Part shown: one piece after another, positions 46,316 to 53,957 of the stretch
Layout: each line of letters opens with the position of its first letter
Numbering within the stretch: position 1 is the stretch's first letter
Virus record (IMG/VR): IMGVR_UViG_3300036402_000062
Span: 135 to 64,134 of that record
Reading direction: 5' to 3' (one strand)
From: a virus
Length of the DNA stretch: 64,000 nt
The notes under the pieces: generated by a model
What the model was told of the DNA's origin: nothing
Database searches by the model: none
The model's input: only the letters and a program-made list of their open reading frames with translations
Position numbers and translations under genes: made by a program

Positions 46316-46684
46316 TCAGGAACCGAACTGTCTAAGTGTCGGATCGCGCTTTGTGCGCGGCGCGGCGCAAACCCATTCGCTGAGGGCGCGTGATGCCTTC
46401 GTCGCGCCCGCCTTGTCCCCCGCGAAGTTGACGCCCTTGCGGTCTTGCAGCGTGATGACGCTTCGTTGGCAGTTGACGACGAGAAAGAACGCGGTCCGGT
46501 CAACCCCCTTCGGGCCACCCATGAAGACGGGAGATGCACGGACGTCACCGTTCGCTGTGACGTTGGATTCGTCGATGCACATAGTCCCCCGAGTGACTTC
46601 GTCAACGTGGCACGACAATTCTTTCGCATGAGCAGAGCCGAGAAGGAATGCGACGAGGCCGAGCGCCAACCGCAGTGCAGTCAT
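46316..46684 (-). CDS. exported protein (moron)
   Basis: Signal peptide MTALRLALGLVAFLLGSAHA; four Cys; antisense to the tail genes. Confidence 0.75.
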   Translation of the reverse strand: MTALRLALGLVAFLLGSAHAKELSCHVDEVTRGTMCIDESNVTANGDVRASPVFMGGPKGVDRTAFFLVVNCQRSVITLQDRKGVNFAGDKAGATKASRALSEWVCAAPRTKRDPTLRQFGS

Positions 46685-47019
46685 TTGCCCCCCTTAATTT
46701 TGCGGGGCGGCTGTTCGGGGGGGCGCACCTGCCCGAAGTGAATCGGATCGCCGTCATCATGCATTTCAATGCCGCCATCCTCGGGCTGGCGCTGCATCCA
46801 CTTGTGCAAAGCGTCTACTTGTAGCGACAAGCGATCGAAGCGGCGCGCGAATTCAGAGGCCGCGGCAGGTTCAAGGGTCTGCTGAAGGCGCGCGACGATC
46901 TCGGAGTTCATGGAGCGGTTGTTCCGCTTCGCCGCCTCCGCGATCTTGTCGCGCATGCCATCTGGCAGCCGAACGATGAACCGATCGGCGAGTTCGCTGG
47001 GGTACTTGTCAGCCGGCAT
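46681..47019 (-). CDS. Arc/Mnt-family ribbon-helix-helix repressor
   Basis: DRFIVRLPDGMRDKIAEAAKRNNRSMNSEIVARL. Confidence 0.92.
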   Translation of the reverse strand: MPADKYPSELADRFIVRLPDGMRDKIAEAAKRNNRSMNSEIVARLQQTLEPAAASEFARRFDRLSLQVDALHKWMQRQPEDGGIEMHDDGDPIHFGQVRPPEQPPRKIKGGK

Positions 47020-47036
47020 CGGCCCATGCTAATCCC

Positions 47037-47093
47037 GACTTGGCATCAAGGGAATCATGCCAACTTGTCATCGATGCCGAGTCGCCATATAGT
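47037..47093 (+). promoter_or_regulatory. sigma70 promoter with Arc/Mnt-type operator repeats
   Basis: TTGTCA (47065-47070), 17 nt, TATAGT (47088-47093); TTGGCAT/ATGCCAA inverted repeat 47040-47063 and a third half-site GATGCCGAG 47073-47081. Confidence 0.75.
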
Positions 47094-47128
47094 GACGGTG
47101 TCAACACGATGTAGCTGAGAGGTACTAA

Positions 47129-47305
47129 TTGAAAGCCGGAAAACGTCCGATCCCCCCATTTGGGCTCCGCCTGCCGGAAGACCTCAAGACGTGGCTTGAG
47201 GTGCGCGCCCGCGAAAACCGACGCTCCATGAACTCAGAAATCACCTTTTTGCTTGACCGGTACCGCGCGCAGCAGCAGCGGCAGCCACAGGAGGCGATGC
47301 AGTGA
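47129..47305 (+). CDS. Arc-like repressor (58 aa, not in ORF track)
   Basis: Own translation from TTG: MKAGKRPIPPFGLRLPEDLKTWLEVRARENRRSMNSEITFLLDRYRAQQQRQPQEAMQ; GAGAGG RBS. Confidence 0.85.
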   Translation: MKAGKRPIPPFGLRLPEDLKTWLEVRARENRRSMNSEITFLLDRYRAQQQRQPQEAMQ

Positions 47306-47841
47306 CCGCGCAGGTGCTTGTCTTCGCCGACTACCAGGGGCTGGAGGTGTCGTTCACCCCAGACGGCTGGTTCAACGCCACTGCGGCCGCGAGCAAGTTC
47401 GGCAAGAAGCCCAACGAGTGGCTACGACTGCCGGAGACGAAGCGGTACATGCGCGCGCTAGCCAGGAAGGCCGAAGCGGGAAAATCCCACTTCGGGTACC
47501 GGACGGAGCGCGGTGGTCGCATGGGCGGCGGCGTCACCTGGCTGCATCCGAAGCTGGCGGTTCGGTTCGCTCAGTGGCTTGACGTGGACTTCGCGGTCTG
47601 GTGCGACGAGCAGATCGACGCCTTGCTGCACGGCCGCCCGGTGGTCGGCGCCGGACTCTATGCGCAGCGACTCGCTTTCGAGGGTCGAAAAGCCGGGAGC
47701 GAGCAGAAGGGACGGATCGGCAGTCGATTGATGAATGAGCGACGGAGGGAAAAGCCGGCGCTGGAGCAACAGGACGAGCGGTGGAAGCTGACCATGGAAC
47801 CCGGCTTGTTCGGGCGATTGGACTTCGCACAGGCTGCCTGA
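47302..47841 (+). CDS. KilA-N domain protein (antirepressor-like)
   Basis: DGWFNATAAASKFGKKPNEWLRL, GG.TWLHPKLAV.FAQWL..DFAVWCD. Confidence 0.9.
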   Translation: MTAQVLVFADYQGLEVSFTPDGWFNATAAASKFGKKPNEWLRLPETKRYMRALARKAEAGKSHFGYRTERGGRMGGGVTWLHPKLAVRFAQWLDVDFAVWCDEQIDALLHGRPVVGAGLYAQRLAFEGRKAGSEQKGRIGSRLMNERRREKPALEQQDERWKLTMEPGLFGRLDFAQAA

Positions 47842-47916
47842 AAAGGTGAAGCCCCGACGCTGGCAGGCGTCAGGGCTTCGGTGATGAACCCAACCCGTCT
47901 AAGAGAAGGAATCAAC

Positions 47917-48177
47917 GTGGCGAAGATTACCACCGCGCGCCGGAGCGCGCAAACACGACAGTTTTCGAAGTTCATGGCGCAAGTCATGGAGCCGGTGACC
48001 CAGAAGCCGACCCTGCGGGAGGCGATCGCAACGATTGGAGAAGCCCTCCAGCCGCTCGGCCAGTTGGAGCGAGACGTTATCGCGGTCGGCCTCGCTCTCC
48101 TCGCGAAGAACCCGGAGCAGAGCGGCAGGCTCGCGATGTCCATCAGCGTCTTGGCTGGACACGAGGCAGCACGCTGA
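47917..48177 (+). CDS. hypothetical helical protein
   Basis: GTG start after an AGAAGGA RBS; TGATG-coupled to the RAMP-like gene. Confidence 0.6.
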   Translation: MAKITTARRSAQTRQFSKFMAQVMEPVTQKPTLREAIATIGEALQPLGQLERDVIAVGLALLAKNPEQSGRLAMSISVLAGHEAAR

Positions 48178-48752
48178 TGGTCACGAAAAAAGAAACCACG
48201 ATCACGCTGCCGGCGCTGAATATTCAGTTCCTGAAGCTGCGACTGGTGGGCGACAGCCCGCTGATCTGCCACGCCTGGAGCGAGAAGGCGAAGAAGCAGA
48301 TGCTCGACGCGCAGATGAAGAAGGCAAAGCAAGCGAAGGCCGCCAAGGACCCGGAGCAGGATTTCCAGGACTCGCTCTACACGCACCCTGATGGCGGATA
48401 CGGCTTCCCCGCGGTTGCGTTCAAGGCGGCGGCGGTGGACGCCTGCAGTTCCATCGAGGGCGTCACGAAAGTGGAGGCGCGCGGCGCCTTCCACATCATG
48501 GGCGACATGGTGAAGATCGAAGGCGAGCCGACGCCGCGCGAAGACATGGTGCGCGTTGGCATGGGGACGGCGGACATCCGCTACCGTGGCGAGTTCCGCG
48601 AGTGGGCTGCAGACATCACGCTCCGCTACAACGCAAACGTGCTGAGCCCGGAGCAGATCGCGAACTTGTTCAACACAGCCGGCTTCGCGGTCGGCGTGGG
48701 CGAGTGGCGTCCGCAGCGTGACGGCAGCTTCGGCATGTTCCACGTGGGTTGA
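48177..48752 (+). CDS. stand-alone RAMP/Cas7-like RNA-binding protein (Vipr-like)
   Basis: RAMP hallmarks: beta1 LRLVGDSPL, GFPAVAFKAAA (cf. IPgssLKG), terminal Gly-rich loop GVGEWRPQRDGSFGMF; 191 aa. Confidence 0.8.
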   Translation: MVTKKETTITLPALNIQFLKLRLVGDSPLICHAWSEKAKKQMLDAQMKKAKQAKAAKDPEQDFQDSLYTHPDGGYGFPAVAFKAAAVDACSSIEGVTKVEARGAFHIMGDMVKIEGEPTPREDMVRVGMGTADIRYRGEFREWAADITLRYNANVLSPEQIANLFNTAGFAVGVGEWRPQRDGSFGMFHVG

Positions 48753-48754
48753 TC

Positions 48755-49240
48755 ATGATCTACAAGTTCAGGGACGGCGCCCACCTCACGGGCGATGCGC
48801 AGAAGGTGGGCGAACGGCTGGCGGCACTGGAGGCCTCCGGGCGCCTGACGGCCAAAGCGGTGGTGCAGGAAGCTCGCAGCGACGACAGCCCGTTGCATCC
48901 GCTGTTCGAATGGGACGACGCGAAGGCGGCGGACAAGTACCGGATCGCACATGCCGGTCACGTGATTCGCTGCGTCACCGTGGTGTTGGACCAGCAGCAA
49001 TCGGAAGAGCCGAAGACGATTCGCGCGTTCGTGCCGATCACGCAGGGCGACGAGAGCCGGCAGTACGTGGACACCGTGCGCGCGTTGAGCGACACTGAGA
49101 TGCGCAGGCAGGTGCTGGCGCAGGCGCACGCAGAACTCGGCGCAGTGGCGCGCAAGTACCGCGAACTGAAGGAGCTGGCGGACGTGGTGAACGCAATCGA
49201 CCGCGTCGGCGAGCTCCTGAAGGAAGGGCAGCACTCGTAA
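48755..49240 (+). CDS. conserved phage protein linked to the RAMP gene and array
   Basis: LTAKAVV.EAR...SPLHPLFEWDDAKAA..YR motif; lies between the RAMP gene and the array. Confidence 0.8.
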   Translation: MIYKFRDGAHLTGDAQKVGERLAALEASGRLTAKAVVQEARSDDSPLHPLFEWDDAKAADKYRIAHAGHVIRCVTVVLDQQQSEEPKTIRAFVPITQGDESRQYVDTVRALSDTEMRRQVLAQAHAELGAVARKYRELKELADVVNAIDRVGELLKEGQHS

Positions 49241-49250
49241 GAGGCTGGCC

Positions 49251-49445
49251 CGGGCCCCAAGGCCCGAAACATGGCAGGCATGGCTCGGCAAGGCGAGTCG
49301 GGGCTTGGCGTGGCTTGGCTTGGCGCGGCTGGCTAGGCGCGGTTTGGCTAGGCAAGGCAGGGCTTGGCGCGGCCCGGCGAGGCGAGGCAGGCATGGCTTG
49401 TCTTGGCATGGCACGGCTGGGCACGGCTCGGCCCGGCAGGCGGTA
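49251..49445 (+). ncRNA. putative guide RNA: 5' hairpin plus GGY-NN pentamer array (vrRNA-like)
   Basis: 30 pentamers (27 GGC-NN, 1 GGT-NN, 2 GTC-NN) in 3 blocks delimited by 4-nt GGCW units at 49273, 49327, 49386, 49435; hairpin CGGGCC-ccaa-GGCCCG 49251-49266. Confidence 0.85.
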
Positions 49446-49451
49446 AATGGG

Positions 49452-49480
49452 AAGGCCCTCTTCGGAGGGCCTTTTCTTTT
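49452..49480 (+). terminator. intrinsic terminator closing the array
   Basis: AAGGCCCTC-TTCG-GAGGGCCTT-TTCTTTT. Confidence 0.9.
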
Positions 49481-49490
49481 GGGGAAATAG

Positions 49491-52181
49491 ATGGCGGACC
49501 TCAAAGCACAACTACAGATCGGCGCCGACGTTTCCGGCGTCGAAGCGGGAATCACGCGTGCGAAGAAGTCGATCAACAGCCTCGGCGTGGCCGTTCAGGA
49601 CGCGAACAGCAAGGGCGCGAAGTCGATCGACCGCTACGTCCAGACCCTGCAAACGCAGGCTGCGACGATGGGCAAGTCCTCGCGCGAGGCGGATCTGTAC
49701 AAGCTGGCGCTGAAGGGTGCTTCCGACCAGCAGCTGAAGGCAGCCGACACGGCCATCAAGATGAAGGAGGGCTACGAGCGAGGGGAAGCCGCGGCGCAGC
49801 GCCTGCGCTCGGCCTTCGTTGCGATGGGCGCCATCGCCGCCACCAGCCTGATCGGCGCGCTCGTCGCGTTCGACCAGCTGGTGAAGAAAGCCGGTGACTT
49901 TCAGGACATGGCCGAGAAGTTCGGCGATTCCGGGGAGAACTTCGCCTCGCTCGCCGTTGCCGCCGGCACCGCGGGTGTGCAGATGGACGTGGTCGGATCG
50001 GCCGCGGGCAAGCTGACGAAGAACCTCACCGGCGTGGACGACGAGTCCAAGGCGGCAGGCGCGGCGATCACGGCGTTGGGCTTGAACCTCGCCACCTTCA
50101 AGCAACAGAGCCCTGCCGACCAGATCGAAACCGTCGCGAAGGCGCTGGCCGGGTTCGAGGACGGCGCGACAAAGACTGCCGTGGCGATGGCGCTGTTCGG
50201 CAAGTCGGGCGCCGACCTGTTGCCGTTCCTGAAGGAGCTGGGCGCCGAGGGCGGCCGGCAGGTGATCCTGACGCAGGAGCAGATCCGCCTGGCGGACGAA
50301 TACTCCGATCGCCAGGCCAAGCTGCGCACGGAGATCAGCCTGCATGCGCAGGCGCTGGCCACGGAGCTGCTGCCAACGATCACTCAGTTCACGGCCGCCA
50401 TCGCCGAACTTGCCAAGGACCAGCAAATTGCCTCTGCGGCGGTCGACCTGCTCAAGTCGGCAATCGGCGGCGGGATCGTCGTCTTTCAGACGATCGCAGT
50501 CGTCGCCTCCGATGTGGGGTTTGTGTTCAAGGTGCTTGGCCTAGAGGTCAAGGCGACCTACGACCAGCTGGTGAAGATCGCAACGCTGGATTTCACTGGT
50601 TTCGCAGCAATCAGTGAAGCTGTGGAGAAGGATGCCGCACGAGCACGCTTGACGCTCGATCAGTTCCAGGCTCGGATCATGGCCATCGGCCAGCCCAAGT
50701 TCACCGATCCGCGCATCCTCGGACCAGTTGGATCAATCGCTGAACAGTCGGCCGGCTTCCGAAAGAAGCTGACATTCGACGGCGGCGAGAAGAAAGGCGA
50801 CAAGAGCGCGGAGCAGGAGGCGAAGGCGCGGCTCGCTTTCGACCTGGAGCAAATCAAGAAGGCGTCAGAGTCGATCATCGGGTCGTTCAGCAATGGCGAA
50901 CGAATGCTGGAGGCGGCCCGGTCGGCCGGATTGCTGGACGAGAGGGATTACTACGACCAGAAACTTGCCTTTCTGCGCGCGAATGCGGCTGAGCAGGAGG
51001 CTGCAATCAGCGCCGAGATCAACCGTCTGCAACGGGAGAAGCTGACGGGCAAAGACAAGATCGACAACGACCGAAAGATCCTCGACTCGAAGGCGAAGCT
51101 GGCGAAGGCGACCGCCGATGCTGCGGCTTCGGAGCAGGTGCTGGCCACGCAAACCACCGCAGCACTTAGCCGGCAACAGGTTGCCTTGCTCTCGGCTCGC
51201 CAAGCCGCACAGGACTACTACGACGAGGTCCAGCGTCAGCAGCAGCGCGAGCTGGCCAGCGTCGGGCTAGGCAAGCGCCAGCGCGACCTGAATGCCGGCG
51301 TCAACCAGATCGAGGACCGGTACGCGAACCAGCGTCGCGACCTGGAGAACCAGCGCGCGTTGATCGCGATGGAAGGCAAGACGACCGCCGAGACGGAGCG
51401 TCAATACGCCGAGCGTCTGCGGATCATCAACGAGTTTCAGCAGCGGTCGGTGGATTCGTACATCGGCTATTACGCCCGGCTCATGGAGCAACAGGGTAAT
51501 TGGGCCGCCGGCGCGAACGAGGCGCTGCAGAACTACTACGACGATTCGCAGGACGTGTTCAAGGGCGTCGAGGGCGCCGTCACGAAGGCGTTCCAGGGCA
51601 TGGAGGACGCGCTCGTCGAGTTCGCCACCACCGGGAAGATGAACTTCAAGGGGCTGGTGAATTCGATCATCGCGGACATCGCCCGCATCGTGATCAGGCA
51701 GAACATCACCGGGCCGCTGGCGAAGGCGCTGCAGGGCTCCTTCGGTGGCGGCGGCAGCGGCCCCGGCGGCGGCTTCAGCTCCGACGCGAGCCTGCTGAAC
51801 TACGTGAACGCGATGCCCAGCGCCAAGGGCAACGTGTTCCAGTCGGCCGGCCTCGCAGCCTACTCGAACCAGATCGTCAACAGCCCGACGCTGTTCGCGT
51901 TCGCGCGCGGTGCCGGGCTCATGGGCGAGGCTGGCCCGGAGGCGATCATGCCGCTGCGCCGCGGCGCCGACGGTCGGCTGGGCGTGGAGGCGGCGCAGGG
52001 CGGCGGCGCCATCCACATCGTGAACAACCTGCCCGCGCAGATCGGCAAGGTCTCGCAGCGCCAGACACCCGACGGCGACCGGGTTCTCGTTCTCGAGGCT
52101 GTGGCGACGGCGCTGGGCGACCCGCAATCGCGCGTGAGCAAGGCCATGCAGCGCAACTACGGGTTGTCGAGGAACCGCTGA
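49491..52181 (+). CDS. tail tape measure protein (lambda gpH-like C-terminus)
   Basis: 896 aa, helical Ala-rich; C-terminal SAKGNVF...SPTLFAF..GAGLMGEAGPEAIMPL.RG.DG.LGV. Confidence 0.95.
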   Translation: MADLKAQLQIGADVSGVEAGITRAKKSINSLGVAVQDANSKGAKSIDRYVQTLQTQAATMGKSSREADLYKLALKGASDQQLKAADTAIKMKEGYERGEAAAQRLRSAFVAMGAIAATSLIGALVAFDQLVKKAGDFQDMAEKFGDSGENFASLAVAAGTAGVQMDVVGSAAGKLTKNLTGVDDESKAAGAAITALGLNLATFKQQSPADQIETVAKALAGFEDGATKTAVAMALFGKSGADLLPFLKELGAEGGRQVILTQEQIRLADEYSDRQAKLRTEISLHAQALATELLPTITQFTAAIAELAKDQQIASAAVDLLKSAIGGGIVVFQTIAVVASDVGFVFKVLGLEVKATYDQLVKIATLDFTGFAAISEAVEKDAARARLTLDQFQARIMAIGQPKFTDPRILGPVGSIAEQSAGFRKKLTFDGGEKKGDKSAEQEAKARLAFDLEQIKKASESIIGSFSNGERMLEAARSAGLLDERDYYDQKLAFLRANAAEQEAAISAEINRLQREKLTGKDKIDNDRKILDSKAKLAKATADAAASEQVLATQTTAALSRQQVALLSARQAAQDYYDEVQRQQQRELASVGLGKRQRDLNAGVNQIEDRYANQRRDLENQRALIAMEGKTTAETERQYAERLRIINEFQQRSVDSYIGYYARLMEQQGNWAAGANEALQNYYDDSQDVFKGVEGAVTKAFQGMEDALVEFATTGKMNFKGLVNSIIADIARIVIRQNITGPLAKALQGSFGGGGSGPGGGFSSDASLLNYVNAMPSAKGNVFQSAGLAAYSNQIVNSPTLFAFARGAGLMGEAGPEAIMPLRRGADGRLGVEAAQGGGAIHIVNNLPAQIGKVSQRQTPDGDRVLVLEAVATALGDPQSRVSKAMQRNYGLSRNR

Positions 52182-53083
52182 TGCCGACGATCCCGAGCGG
52201 CATGAAGCCGGTAGTGGAGAGCTACGCCATCGGCGCGCCGGATGGCGTGAGCCGCATCGAGGTGGCGGGCGGGCTGCCGCGGTACTCCCTGGAGTGGGAC
52301 CGCGGCAAGCAGGCTTACCGCGTCACGTTGGTGCTGGACGAGGTGCAACTATCCGTCTGGACGGCCTTCTTCCACCACATCATCGACAACGGGTCGCTGG
52401 CGTTCGATATGCCCCTGGATAGCGGCTTCGGCGTGACAACGCACAGCGTGTGCATCGTCCCTGGCACCTACGCGGCCAGCCGGCGCGGAACGGCGACTAC
52501 GCTGACGTTCACGGTGGAGGCCGAGAGCGACGCCTATGGCTTGAGCGAAGCTGCGGCGGAAGCGCTGATCGATGCGCACAACGGCTACTCGCCGCCTGCG
52601 GGCGCGCCCCAGATCCCGCGAGCGATGAACCCGGTGGTGGAAGGATACGGGTACGGCGGCCCCGATGGCGTCGCGCGCACAGACATCCGCGGCGGCGCGT
52701 CACGGTACGCACTCATGGCTGCGCGCGGCCCCCAGCAATTCCGCGCCACCCTGATCCTGGATGCGCATAAGTTCTCGGTGTGGACTGCGTTCTTTCACCA
52801 TGTGGCGAAAAAGGGGGCGCTGTCCTTCGTGATGGACCTGGACAGCGGCTTCGGCAGCGAGGCGCACACGGTCGACATCATCCCGGGCACCTACGGCGCG
52901 ACGCGCAACGGCGCCATCACCGTGGTCAGCTTCAGCGTCGAAGCGGAGAGCACGGTTTATGCGATGAGCGCCGTCGATGCGCAAGCAATCATCGGCCTGT
53001 ATGCCGCCTTCGGCTCTGGCTCGTCTGCCTTGCTGCAGCGGATAGACCGCTTCGCCAATCAGGACACATTGGTGCTGCCATGA
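52181..53083 (+). CDS. distal tail (Dit/gpM-like) protein with tandem duplicated domain
   Basis: Position after TMP; two homologous halves (P.M.PVVE.Y..G.PDGV.R...GG..RY; SVWTAFFHH; LDSGFG; PGTY). Confidence 0.8.
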   Translation: MPTIPSGMKPVVESYAIGAPDGVSRIEVAGGLPRYSLEWDRGKQAYRVTLVLDEVQLSVWTAFFHHIIDNGSLAFDMPLDSGFGVTTHSVCIVPGTYAASRRGTATTLTFTVEAESDAYGLSEAAAEALIDAHNGYSPPAGAPQIPRAMNPVVEGYGYGGPDGVARTDIRGGASRYALMAARGPQQFRATLILDAHKFSVWTAFFHHVAKKGALSFVMDLDSGFGSEAHTVDIIPGTYGATRNGAITVVSFSVEAESTVYAMSAVDAQAIIGLYAAFGSGSSALLQRIDRFANQDTLVLP

Positions 53084-53592
53084 GCCTCGACCTTGCAACC
53101 AGGCTGAAGGAGTTGCTGGCGTCTGCGCCGCGGAACATCCGAGCGATTCAGACATTGGAGATCAGTCACTCCGCGATGACGCAGACGTACTACCTCTGGC
53201 GGGAGCCGTACCTCGGCACGATGGGCACGGAAGACGGCTCCTTCGTGGTGGAGCCGGTGAACATGGAGATCAAGCTGGCCGGCGCCGAGGGGCATCTGGA
53301 CCAGTCGTACACGATCAACATCGACACGGTGGACATCAACGACGAGTTCCGCGAGCAGATGGACCTGATCCCCCTGGACACGCAGGAGCGCATTCGCTGC
53401 GTCTACAGGGAATACCTCAGCGACGACTTGAGTAACGCCGGGATCATGGCCAGCGCGGTGCTGCAGGTCGAGGCCATCAGCTACAACGTGGGCGTGGCGA
53501 CAATCTCGGCGATCACGCCGAAGTTGAACGTGACGAGGACCGGCGAGCTGTACGTTCCGCGCGATGTGCCGATGTTGCGCGGGTTCCTCTGA
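53080..53592 (+). CDS. minor tail protein (DUF1833/gpL-like)
   Basis: TLEISH..MTQTYYL; YREYLSDDL; position. Confidence 0.8.
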   Translation: MSLDLATRLKELLASAPRNIRAIQTLEISHSAMTQTYYLWREPYLGTMGTEDGSFVVEPVNMEIKLAGAEGHLDQSYTINIDTVDINDEFREQMDLIPLDTQERIRCVYREYLSDDLSNAGIMASAVLQVEAISYNVGVATISAITPKLNVTRTGELYVPRDVPMLRGFL

Positions 53593-53957
53593 TGAACGTC
53601 AGCACCTATCAGGCCAAGGCGTACCCGTCGCCGCCATGCTGGCAGCTCGTTGCCGACGTCTACACGACCGAGCTGGGGCAGGAGGTCGAGGGCTACAAAA
53701 CGATTTCCGGCTCCGTCCGCGCGATTGCCAGTGCGCTGCGCCTGGCGCTGCACAAGAACGCCGACGGCTTCCAGCAGATCGAGGAGCCGGCGGACTATGC
53801 CGTGGTTCTCATGGGCGGGCAGCGGCGGGGTCTGCATCACTGCGGCATCTACTACCAGGGCAAGGTGCTGCACGCGCTCCCGCAGGGCACGCTGTACCAA
53901 GATCTGGCCAGCCTGCGCGATGAATACGAGCTGATCGAATATTGGGCGAAGACATGA
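53592..53957 (+). CDS. NlpC/P60-like tail assembly protein (gpK-like)
   Basis: CWQLVADVY and HHCGIY..G.VLH. Confidence 0.82.
   Translation: MNVSTYQAKAYPSPPCWQLVADVYTTELGQEVEGYKTISGSVRAIASALRLALHKNADGFQQIEEPADYAVVLMGGQRRGLHHCGIYYQGKVLHALPQGTLYQDLASLRDEYELIEYWAKT

Noticed and set aside
49271-49445. CRISPR array or simple microsatellite interpretation
   Set aside because: There are no 23-47 nt direct repeats with spacers, and the NN positions are diverse rather than homogenised as in slippage repeats.
49305-49490. ORF MAWLGLARLARRG... (and minus-strand 49038-49511) over the pentamer array
   Set aside because: A translation artefact of the GGC-NN repeat. The sequence is low complexity, runs through a terminator, and the 5-nt period is incompatible with codon structure.
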